Assembly (NCBI GenBank): GCA_051652765.1
Contig: JBOFUV010000148.1
Coordinates: forward strand, 1 to 64,000
Length of the DNA: 64,000 nt
Direction of reading: 5' to 3'
From: Microcoleaceae cyanobacterium
GTDB lineage: Bacteria > Cyanobacteriota > Cyanobacteriia > Cyanobacteriales > Microcoleaceae
Shown: in pieces, positions 30,942 to 39,243 of the stretch
Position numbering within the stretch: the first letter of the stretch is position 1
Layout: each line of letters opens with the position of its first letter
The notes under the pieces: generated by a model
What the model was told of the DNA's origin: nothing
Seen by the model: the letters and a program-made list of their open reading frames with translations, nothing else
Databases searched by the model: none
Made by a program: the position numbers and the translations under genes

Positions 30942-31400
30942 CTATTCACGAAACTCTCGTTCTAAAATCAAAGTGACAGGGCCGTCATTTTCAATCAAGA
31001 CCTGCATCGTGGCTCCAAACTGACCCGTTTTCACCGCCAATCCACTAGACCGTAGTTTTTCAACAAACTTTTCGTAGCGTTCTAGAGCAATTTCGGGGGT
31101 AGCAGAACGATCGAATGAAGGGCGACGACCTTTGCGGCAGTCTCCATATAGCGTAAATTGGCTAACCACCAGGAGTTCACCCCCAATCTCTTGAACAGAC
31201 TGTTCCCATTGGCCTGTGGCATTCTCTGGATGAGGAAATAAGCGCAATTCCAAACATTTACGAGCCATCCAATCCAGCTCTGCTTCCGTATCTGTTGTAG
31301 CAATTCCAACCAATAAGGTTAATCCTTTGCCAATCTCACCAATAATTGCCTTATCTACCGTAACTCGAGACGCAGCAACACGTTGAATAATCACCCGCAT
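30942..31400 (-). CDS. dtd: D-aminoacyl-tRNA deacylase
   Basis: [27 protein letters not shown]. Confidence 0.96.
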   Translation of the reverse strand: MRVIIQRVAASRVTVDKAIIGEIGKGLTLLVGIATTDTEAELDWMARKCLELRLFPHPENATGQWEQSVQEIGGELLVVSQFTLYGDCRKGRRPSFDRSATPEIALERYEKFVEKLRSSGLAVKTGQFGATMQVLIENDGPVTLILEREFRE

Positions 31401-31777
31401 GAGCTTTTTGGTTTGAGGACACATACCTCAACATACACTGAAGTATTAATTATAACAGAACAAAATGTCCAAACAATGTGACGGATCTCTTGGCCGCTCA
31501 AGTGTGCAAGTCCCGTTAATTCCCTAATGAATCGAGTGCTAGAGCTAAAACTCTTCAACTAAGGACAGCCCTAGTGTCGGTTTGCTCTGCTTATTACTCC
31601 AGTAATACTGCAACAATTGGTTCTTTTTGCAGTGAGCATAGAGTTTTTTTCTCACTACATTATTTTTTTAGTTACTCAGTAAGTCAGTTAATCAGTAAGT
31701 TGTTCAGCAAGTCAGTTAGTAAAACTTAAATTTTGCAAGTCAGTATAAATGCTAGAAACTCACTCTGCGCGAACCCT

Positions 31778-31823
31778 AAAAAACCCCCTTCTATCTCCCA
31801 AACTTGGAAAGATAGAAGAGGGT
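31778..31823 (-). terminator. intrinsic terminator downstream of the recombinase
   Basis: The minus strand reads accctcttctatctttccaagtttgggagatagaagggggt followed by a T-run. Confidence 0.7.
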
Positions 31824-31860
31824 CAAGCCTGATTCACACCAGCAGTCTATTGGTTATGAG

Positions 31861-32862
31861 CTAGCTAGGTTCTTGATCTTTCCCAAGTTGAACTTCAAGT
31901 TTCAAGGCAGGGTTGTTTTCCCAGCGATCGCCCACATGAGCATAGATACAGGTTGTGCGCGGATCGGAATGACCCAGTAAATCTTGAACCTGGCGCAATT
32001 CAGCCCCAGAACGCAAGGCCAAGGTTCCAGCGGTGTGACGCAGGCTATGGGTGGATAAGGTTCTCCCTTGAGTATGTTTCAGTTCAGCTTGGTTGAGGTA
32101 AGCGTCCACAATTAATCGCACCCCGCGACGGGACAGCCGTTGGCCTCCAGCCCGATTTCCCACGGCGATAAATAGCGGATCGGCAGACTTGAACTGTTCC
32201 TCTGATTCACGAATCTCCAAATAACAGTTCAACAGTTCGGCAATGTCCGGAGTCAGAGGAACGACTCGAATACTGCGTTTGCCTTCTACCCGAATCCCCA
32301 GATTCCGACCCTGTTTGACGATATCTGCAATATTGGCCCGGTGAAGTTCAACGGTTCGAGGCCCTTCCAAGGCCATAATAGCAATCAAAACCCGATCCCG
32401 TGAGGTTTTCAAGGTTCCATCATTGGGAATTGTGGCGAAGAGTTGCTCAACTTCATCTTGTTCCAGATAGGTAATTCGTTCGGCTGGATCACGTTTTTCT
32501 CTGGGCGGTTTCACTCCGGTTGCAGGGTTCATAGACAGTAACCCTTTGTCTACTGCTGCTTGATAGAACCGCCGTACCACCGAAAGTTTCAGAGCAATCG
32601 TTGCAGGTTTGAATTTTTTGGTGTCTACCATCCAACGGCGATATTTTTTAATTCCTTCTTTGGTTACGGTGGCGGGAGGAAGCTGATGGCGATCACACCA
32701 GATTAAAAATTGCAGGAGTTGGCGTTGATAAGTAGTTAAGGTGTCTTTGGAAGCATCCCCCGCCCCAACGTCAATTTCCAGAAAATCTGCAAATGCTGCC
32801 AAAAGTTCATCTGTTGGAATCAGCGCGTTAGGTTCGAAAATTTGCAGGGGGGCAGTGAACAT
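31861..32862 (-). CDS. XerC-like tyrosine recombinase
   Basis: N-terminal core-binding domain; complete catalytic set R (GPRTVE), K (EGKR), HSLRH, LGH, Y (TCIYAH). Confidence 0.93.
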   Translation of the reverse strand: MFTAPLQIFEPNALIPTDELLAAFADFLEIDVGAGDASKDTLTTYQRQLLQFLIWCDRHQLPPATVTKEGIKKYRRWMVDTKKFKPATIALKLSVVRRFYQAAVDKGLLSMNPATGVKPPREKRDPAERITYLEQDEVEQLFATIPNDGTLKTSRDRVLIAIMALEGPRTVELHRANIADIVKQGRNLGIRVEGKRSIRVVPLTPDIAELLNCYLEIRESEEQFKSADPLFIAVGNRAGGQRLSRRGVRLIVDAYLNQAELKHTQGRTLSTHSLRHTAGTLALRSGAELRQVQDLLGHSDPRTTCIYAHVGDRWENNPALKLEVQLGKDQEPS

Positions 32863-33006
32863 GTTAGGAAAATTCAGAGTCCAGAGCGTTAGGTTGCTGA
32901 CATACCTCTATAGTGTCTCAAATCTGCTGTGAAGTCTCAACTTATTCTCGGAATCGGGCTGACTCCTGATCGGCTAAAGGGAGATGGCCGAGAATCTACT
33001 GACGAT

Positions 33007-33834
33007 TCAGAACAAAGTGCCCTGAACAATTTGCGGTTGTGGGTTGGCTGGTTTAGGTGGCCAAAATACACCAAGTACAACCCACTTATTGTAAGGAAAC
33101 ACTGTGCCCATAAAGAAAAGGGTATCCTTACTCTCGTTACACAATTCATCGAGAAACTTACGGTGGACACTTAATGCTGCTTGGTGTTCATCACCTAGTC
33201 GAACTACTTCATTCAACCAAAGTACGCCCAGTTCCCAGTCCTCAATCATCGCATTATGAGGTTTGTGGCTGTCAGCGCACTCAAAAACATAACTAAATTT
33301 GTACGGTATTTTGCGAAGAGGTTTTTGAACAGGCCCGAAGAGAGTTAATTGATCGAACAGAGCCTGCCATTTGGGTTTCCATTCTGAATCAGCAGGTTCA
33401 ATTTTTAAATCAAGCACCCTTGTCGGACGCACAATACCAAGAGATACATTTTCGGAATCATGTAATGAGCATAATTCCTTTACTGTATAGACAGGTATCC
33501 GATCAATGATTTGACGGCGCGCGCTCCACCCATTTTTTGTTGATAGTGGTTCTCCTAAAGCTCTTATTGTATCTAGATTTGGCTTTCTACTTTCCTTTCG
33601 TCGATCATTGCCTGCTCCATGTGGTAGAAGATCAACTTCTATCCACTGATATTTACGAAATTGTTGATTTCTTGGTCTATAGCGGTAGTCTACGGGGTAA
33701 AGTCGAATCCATTCACCCTGCTCAGTTACACCAGCAGTACACACCAGTTCTTGATAACCTCTCGATGGATGGGGATAGGTCATCACAGTGATAAGAACTT
33801 TGGTTCTTATTTCTTGATTGCTCATACTGGACAT
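33007..33834 (-). CDS. conserved hypothetical, DUF488-associated (dual-OB-like N-terminus)
   Basis: ITVMTYP...VCTAGVTEQGEWIRLYP, IEDWELG, FFMGT...VLGVFWPP; overlaps the upstream gene. Confidence 0.6.
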   Translation of the reverse strand: MSSMSNQEIRTKVLITVMTYPHPSRGYQELVCTAGVTEQGEWIRLYPVDYRYRPRNQQFRKYQWIEVDLLPHGAGNDRRKESRKPNLDTIRALGEPLSTKNGWSARRQIIDRIPVYTVKELCSLHDSENVSLGIVRPTRVLDLKIEPADSEWKPKWQALFDQLTLFGPVQKPLRKIPYKFSYVFECADSHKPHNAMIEDWELGVLWLNEVVRLGDEHQAALSVHRKFLDELCNESKDTLFFMGTVFPYNKWVVLGVFWPPKPANPQPQIVQGTLF

Positions 33835-34694
33835 CCTAAATGCTGAATTGGCATGTCAATCAAGGTTGTCAGATGCTGAGCAAGAACATTTCGATGACAG
33901 AATTTTGGGTCAGCTTCCATACAAACAAGAACACTAGGCTTAGATTTTAACAAGCCAGTTACATTCAGCAATGCATCCTCTCGTGAGGGAAGACTACTTC
34001 GATAATCATTAAAAAGAGACGTGTACTTATCGGAAGAACTTAGATCATCTCGTTCGGAACCAGGTATTCCTAGTTCGGGAAGATGCTGATAGTCTATTCC
34101 TAGAAAATTACATAGTCGTGCGAGTGTACTCTTATGAAAACCATAGCGTCTAGAGATCGGGTTGAAGCGAACATCGATTAGCTGTGAGATACCAGATTCC
34201 ATCAGAAGATTTAGAAACTCATCAACCGTTTTTCCTTCATAACCAGCAGTGTAGATAGCTTTCTGAGCAATGGGTCGTTTTTTCTTTCTTCTTCCAGGAA
34301 GATCACTGTTAACTGTAAACCAGGAATATTTGTCATAGACTAAATCAAGCAGCTCTTGACTTGATAAATTGCCATACTCAGTAGCAACATAATGGATGTC
34401 TTGAGCTACATTTCTAGGTAAATTAACATCGAACTTTTTCCCTAAATCCGTTAGGCTCCAACAATTATTGTTTCCTTTTTCTAAAAAGCCATTACGAATA
34501 AGTGAATCAGTTTCCTGATTTAGGGTAAAAGAGTAGGGTCCGTAACGATACGGGATGAACTGATAAAAAGTTTTTCCTCCGTGAGAAGCAGTTTCGTGAG
34601 ACAGCAAAAATGCCCACTTCATCACTTGCAAAGGAGATGCAGTAGATCCGACCTGCTGAAGAATCAGTAATAGAGCTTTTTGACGATGTAGCAC
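33822..34694 (-). CDS. winged-helix/Panacea-like N-terminal domain fused to DUF488
   Basis: N-terminal LQVMKWAFL...PYRYGPYS; C-terminal IYTAGYEG, LIDVRFNPISRRYGFHK, ELGIP, LVCMEADPKFCHR. Confidence 0.8.
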   Translation of the reverse strand: MLHRQKALLLILQQVGSTASPLQVMKWAFLLSHETASHGGKTFYQFIPYRYGPYSFTLNQETDSLIRNGFLEKGNNNCWSLTDLGKKFDVNLPRNVAQDIHYVATEYGNLSSQELLDLVYDKYSWFTVNSDLPGRRKKKRPIAQKAIYTAGYEGKTVDEFLNLLMESGISQLIDVRFNPISRRYGFHKSTLARLCNFLGIDYQHLPELGIPGSERDDLSSSDKYTSLFNDYRSSLPSREDALLNVTGLLKSKPSVLVCMEADPKFCHRNVLAQHLTTLIDMPIQHLGCPV

Positions 34695-34868
34695 TTTCTC
34701 ACTAAACTCAGAGTAGATTATTTATTCTACCTTCTCACAGGATAGCTGCGTTAAACAGTTTTATCTCTAAAGAGCATTGAAGACTTTTCGAAATTCCCCC
34801 GCGACTATATCTGAGAATCCTTGCCAGACGCTCAACAATGCCCATGCACCCGATCGCCTTTGTTTCAT

Positions 34869-34902
34869 TCTAATACCGATAATTACTCTTATCGGTATTA
34901 GA
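34869..34902. other. perfect 14-6-14 inverted repeat, candidate tyrosine-recombinase (dif/lox-like) site
   Basis: TCTAATACCGATAA-TTACTC-TTATCGGTATTAGA; AT-rich, asymmetric 6-bp spacer, no U-tail. Confidence 0.6.
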
Positions 34903-35341
34903 CTAAATCCTTGTCAAATCGATGTTTTGGCTTCTTTGGGGATTTTGGTATCATCCCAGCAGAACCAGAGAAAATGAGCAGACCAACCCCTGAATGCTAG
35001 TTCGACGTTGCCAACGCTGTTCAATTTCAGCTAAGACTTGAGGAATAGCCCGACGGCGCTTGGTTCATGGCTTGCAGTTTATTTTGCTTTACTTGTTAAT
35101 CATGCTATTCAACCTCAAAAGGCTCATGAACTCCCCCCTGAGCAAATCCCAACCGATGCAAGCGATGAATTGTCTGAATCACTCCCCGCGAGGACTAATA
35201 ATTAGCAATAATCCTAGGCTATTGTCCCAGACTTCGCATGTATCCTTTAATCCAGCAGTACTGAGGCTCAATAAATCCGGCTATACTGGAGTTGGAAGTA
35301 ACTCGACCCACAATGACATTGATTAACAGGAGTAAAACCTG

Positions 35342-35773
35342 ATGGAAGAACTAAAGCATCTGGCAACTTGGGTCAAAGAGCAGCACGCAGCGGAGTATAT
35401 TTTAACCTGGCTACTCAATCAGCCTGGAATTTGGTGGTCAAATGGAGAGGTTTATCAAGCTGCCGTTCAGAGATCAGGCAAACAGTTAAAAGAGTATGTC
35501 AAAAACAGTAAACAGGGTGGTTTATTTCAAGGAATTGCTGACAAGGTTGTCAGAGATGAAGTTTGGGATAATATTGCGGTGAGTCTCGCAACCGTGATTG
35601 CTGCTTACCAAGAAGAGTTAGTAAAATTGCAGGATCAAAATCGCTTACGAGTCGTATCCAAGGTGGATTTAGAACATCAAGATAGTAGCTCTAATCCTAA
35701 CGACCCTTGGATTGGCTTGAAAATTCAACAACCCTTGCCGAATCCCAATACAGATGCACTGACAGGGCGTTAA
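35342..35773 (+). CDS. hypothetical protein
   Basis: 143-aa ORF with AGGAG RBS; no family recognised. Confidence 0.65.
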   Translation: MEELKHLATWVKEQHAAEYILTWLLNQPGIWWSNGEVYQAAVQRSGKQLKEYVKNSKQGGLFQGIADKVVRDEVWDNIAVSLATVIAAYQEELVKLQDQNRLRVVSKVDLEHQDSSSNPNDPWIGLKIQQPLPNPNTDALTGR

Positions 35774-35853
35774 CCAATCAAGGCGTTAACCCATCAAATT
35801 GAATCAGGGTTGACATCGTTTATAGACTTCGCTGTTGTTCTAACATCTATTCA

Positions 35854-36777
35854 ATGATGAGACGACTCACTGCTTTTTCAAGGATAGTTCCCGTTCCAGT
35901 CGGGCTAGGGTTGGCCCTGTGGGTTGCGTTGACCTTGAGTAACTGCACTTCTTCAACGCAACCTCAAGCTTTGACTGCTCCAGCCAATCCAGCAACAACT
36001 GCAAATCAGACAACCACTCCTCCCATTGCTGTGGCTGCAAATTCTACTGTACTCTGGGCAAATGACTTTACGGGAGATTGGCCAGCAGTTTGGCAAACCC
36101 GGAAAAAGGGGGCTTGGGGCTTGGATAATGCTCAAGTGATTCCCGCCGATTCCCGCCCGCAGTTTTCTAAAGCGCTACGGGTCTTTTATCCAGCCCTGTC
36201 TGCAAGTCCAAGTGTTTCGCGCAGTCAGGGAGTTCCCATTGGGGGAGTACAGTTCTACGCTGAGTTAGGAATACCGTCCAAAGATGCTTTAAAACTGAGT
36301 TACTTCGTACGATTTGCCGAGAATTTTGACTTTGTTAAAGGTGGAAAATTACCCGGATTATTCGGGGGAACTGAAACCAGTGGTGGAAATATTCCGGATG
36401 GTACGAATGGCTTTTCGACTCGGTTCATGTGGCGGAAACAAGGGGATGGTGAGGTCTATGCTTACCTCCCCAGCAGTGAAGAATATGGTACCTCGATTGG
36501 TCGGGGCGCTTGGCAATTTCAGCCCGGTGTGTGGCATCATCTGGAACAAGAATTGACTCTAAATCAACCCGGCCTTGAGAATGGTCGCATTCGAGTTTGG
36601 GTGGATGGTAAGTTGGTGTTGGATCGGGACAAACTAATGTTTCGGACAACAGAACAATTAAAAATTGAAGGGATCTTCTTCTCTACTTTCTTTGGGGGAG
36701 GAGATCCCTCTTGGGCAACCCCTAAAGATACTTATGTTGACTTTGCTGCTTTCTCAGTTTCATCCGTTGATGAGTGA
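35854..36777 (+). CDS. polysaccharide lyase family 14-like lipoprotein (alginate/glucuronan lyase-like)
   Basis: Lipobox LSNC; FDFVKGGKLPGLFGG, FSTRFMWR, GEVYAY, FSTFFGG. Confidence 0.85.
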   Translation: MMRRLTAFSRIVPVPVGLGLALWVALTLSNCTSSTQPQALTAPANPATTANQTTTPPIAVAANSTVLWANDFTGDWPAVWQTRKKGAWGLDNAQVIPADSRPQFSKALRVFYPALSASPSVSRSQGVPIGGVQFYAELGIPSKDALKLSYFVRFAENFDFVKGGKLPGLFGGTETSGGNIPDGTNGFSTRFMWRKQGDGEVYAYLPSSEEYGTSIGRGAWQFQPGVWHHLEQELTLNQPGLENGRIRVWVDGKLVLDRDKLMFRTTEQLKIEGIFFSTFFGGGDPSWATPKDTYVDFAAFSVSSVDE

Positions 36778-36779
36778 CC

Positions 36780-36875
36780 ATAGCAATCCTAGATCAATCA
36801 ATCATGAGAGATCTTAGAGAGGGGTTTGGAGATTTTGTCCCCAAACCCCGTTCACAAATTATTTGAGCTTGCTAT
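36780..36875. repeat. short MITE/REP-like element with ATAGCAA...TTGCTAT termini and an internal hairpin
   Basis: atagcaatcctagat...ttcacaaattatttgagcttgctat; internal ggggtttgg...ccaaacccc; related termini at 52512. Confidence 0.6.
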
Positions 36876-36895
36876 ACGCTTAAACACTCAAACGG

Positions 36896-39013
36896 TTACT
36901 GAGAATTGCTGGCGGGGGAAAATTGATAGGCAGGACTTGCTGCAGAAACAGTTGCCCCTCTGAGGGTGACGTATTCTAGAGTAATGTCTTGGGTCTGGTC
37001 TAACACAACCGGACGGCCATCCCCAACTAAGTCAACATCCCTGACCAAAGCATTGCTAACATTTCTAAACAGCACTCCATCTAAGGACGATGAGGGGCGA
37101 GACGATGTGATCTCAGGCGCAGTCCGCAGCGTGAATCCCCTGAGTTGAACATTTTTAATACTGCTGGCTTGATCGTTCGGCTGCACAATCCAGAATGCAG
37201 GTTGCTGAGTTGACCCAAAATGGGCTTGTAGAATGGTACGTTCAGCATCTTGTCCCCGAATCACAACATTACTGCGTTGGAGAATGATGGGCTGGAATAG
37301 ATCCAATTCTCCAATCGGCAGGTTGACTTGAATCAATCCGATATCTGGCAGTTGATCGATCAAAGCCTGAAGCTTCTGAGCATCGTCACGGCGATCATTA
37401 GAGACAACGCCATATTCGCTGGCGTTCACCACTTGAGTCATCTGCTCAATCGTAGGATCTTGCCGCTTCACCCACCATCCTTGCAGATCTTGCACAGGAG
37501 TTAGGACACCAAACCAACACCACAACAAGGCAACGAAAAAGATGACAACTTGTGTAGCCAGGAGAAAGCGGGAGACGGTCACTTGAAGGTGGCGCACCCA
37601 ACCCGACGCGCCCGCCGTAATCTTTTGATTGCCGCGATTGTTCCAGCTTTGCTGCGCCATATTCATCTGGTTCCAAACTTTGATCACCGATGAAGTCCAC
37701 TGGGTTGCCACCAGAATTGGAAAGTGAATGGGTTTGAGGTGGGAAGGTCGTCCCAAGAAAATAATTAACAACATTAAGGGACGGCTGAAACAGACCCAGG
37801 CAACAATAATTCCAGCAAACAGCCATTTTCCAGTGACTAAAGACAGAATTAGCAAGCCTGGAGTAATCAAGGATGTCCACATACTGATGCGTTGATCCAC
37901 CAAACACCACCAGGGAAACAGTCCAACCACGGAGGGGCCTAGGGAAATCGCCCGACTATTACTTCGCAGCATATTTCCAAACCATCGCCGCATGTTGCTA
38001 TAAGCCCGTTGTACTACTGATCCAGAGTGAGTTTCTAGGGAATTCACAATCACATCAGGCACGTAAATCATTTCATAGCGCCATCGCAGGAGAGAGTACC
38101 AAGTACTTTTGTCATCTCCTGATAAAAATTTGAAGCGACCCCACAGCCAGTCATCCAAGGAGTCGTTCTCAAGCTGATGAATAAAGTCAGGGTGAAAGGT
38201 TGCTCGGGAATGAAATAAAGAAAACCGCCCTGTCAGGCAAAGCACCTTACGAGAAAGGGCCATAGAACACATTTGATAGTGGCGTTGGGCAAATCGCAGA
38301 TGAAACCATTCAGAAAAAACATAGGAGCCTTTGACAACGGGCATTTCATCCGTAGTTAAGGCTCCTAACTTGGGAAACAGACGAAAGAAGGGTAAACACC
38401 CGCGTAACGTTCCTGGGCCAAGTTCAGTATCCCCGTCCATGAGAGCTACGATGGTATCTTCAGGTAATCCCAGATTTCGTAGCTCTTTGAGGCTGTCGGC
38501 CATGGCTTTGCGCTTGCCATCCTTTTGGGTCATCAGAAACAGTTGAATATGCTTTAGACCCGGATCATACTCTTCTAGAAGCTGGCGAATGGCGGCATTT
38601 TCTTCGTCACTGCTACTATTCACCAAAACCGTAACCGGATGAGCTAACGTTTTGGCCTCAGCAACAATAGACTGATAAACGAGTTCATTGACCCACATTT
38701 TTTCTTTGTATGTGGGAACCATAAAACACATATGAGGCAGGTCTTCTACTGGAACCTCACTCGCTCGCTGTCGCCACCGGGGAAATATAACATGGAGATA
38801 AAAGCGGCTCCGGAGGACTTGAAACATGAACCAAGACCAGCGCCAAAGTCCTACAATACCCATTCCAACTACACCGGACATTCCCATCTCTGCCAGTTTC
38901 GCTGGATCGCGCAATAAGACCAGACTGAAAAATCCAACGGCAGAAATGAGTAACATCCCGACCCAACTCTGGCTTTGGCTGGGTTGCTTATCGTCAACAA
39001 CTGTACTTGTCAT
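36896..39013 (-). CDS. Alg8-like GT2 polysaccharide (mannuronan) synthase with a C-terminal pectate_lyase_3-like beta-helix
   Basis: GLWRWSW, DGKRKAMA, MDGD, LRFAQRH..MCSMALSRKVLCLTGRFS, WLWGRFKFLSGDDKSTW, RRWFGNMLR, LVDQRISMWTSL; C-terminal YGVVSNDRRDDAQKLQALID...NLPIG...VIRG. Confidence 0.85.
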   Translation of the reverse strand: MTSTVVDDKQPSQSQSWVGMLLISAVGFFSLVLLRDPAKLAEMGMSGVVGMGIVGLWRWSWFMFQVLRSRFYLHVIFPRWRQRASEVPVEDLPHMCFMVPTYKEKMWVNELVYQSIVAEAKTLAHPVTVLVNSSSDEENAAIRQLLEEYDPGLKHIQLFLMTQKDGKRKAMADSLKELRNLGLPEDTIVALMDGDTELGPGTLRGCLPFFRLFPKLGALTTDEMPVVKGSYVFSEWFHLRFAQRHYQMCSMALSRKVLCLTGRFSLFHSRATFHPDFIHQLENDSLDDWLWGRFKFLSGDDKSTWYSLLRWRYEMIYVPDVIVNSLETHSGSVVQRAYSNMRRWFGNMLRSNSRAISLGPSVVGLFPWWCLVDQRISMWTSLITPGLLILSLVTGKWLFAGIIVAWVCFSRPLMLLIIFLGRPSHLKPIHFPILVATQWTSSVIKVWNQMNMAQQSWNNRGNQKITAGASGWVRHLQVTVSRFLLATQVVIFFVALLWCWFGVLTPVQDLQGWWVKRQDPTIEQMTQVVNASEYGVVSNDRRDDAQKLQALIDQLPDIGLIQVNLPIGELDLFQPIILQRSNVVIRGQDAERTILQAHFGSTQQPAFWIVQPNDQASSIKNVQLRGFTLRTAPEITSSRPSSSLDGVLFRNVSNALVRDVDLVGDGRPVVLDQTQDITLEYVTLRGATVSAASPAYQFSPASNSQ

Positions 39014-39243
39014 AGGGTTTCAGGCAAATTTTGTGATTTCAAGTCAGCAATTCAAATCTGCACTCTGGGTCTGCACTCTTCTGGGTCTGCGCCTTAATAA
39101 AGCTCTGAACCTCAGGGTCAGATACTGCAGACTTTTCAGCGGGCACAATCCTTCTAAGACTATCTGTCGCCGGGGTTTGACTCTCATAGAGAAGACTCTC
39201 ATATAGGACATGTCTAAACCCTGAAAAGTTGGGGAGCAATCTA

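Noticed and set aside
31425..31860. tRNA or att direct repeat next to the recombinase
   Set aside because: I found no cloverleaf or T-loop motif and no flanking direct repeat, only a terminator hairpin.
32929..33006. Second recombination site on the recombinase side of the DUF488 cassette
   Set aside because: Only an 8-bp inverted repeat (attctcgg/ccgagaat) with a long spacer is present. It does not match the 34869 palindrome, so an integron-like cassette model is unsupported.
34777..35326. Short ORFs 34777-34977 and 35060-35326
   Set aside because: They have TTG starts, no clear RBS and no motifs, and the first spans the palindrome. The region is probably non-coding.
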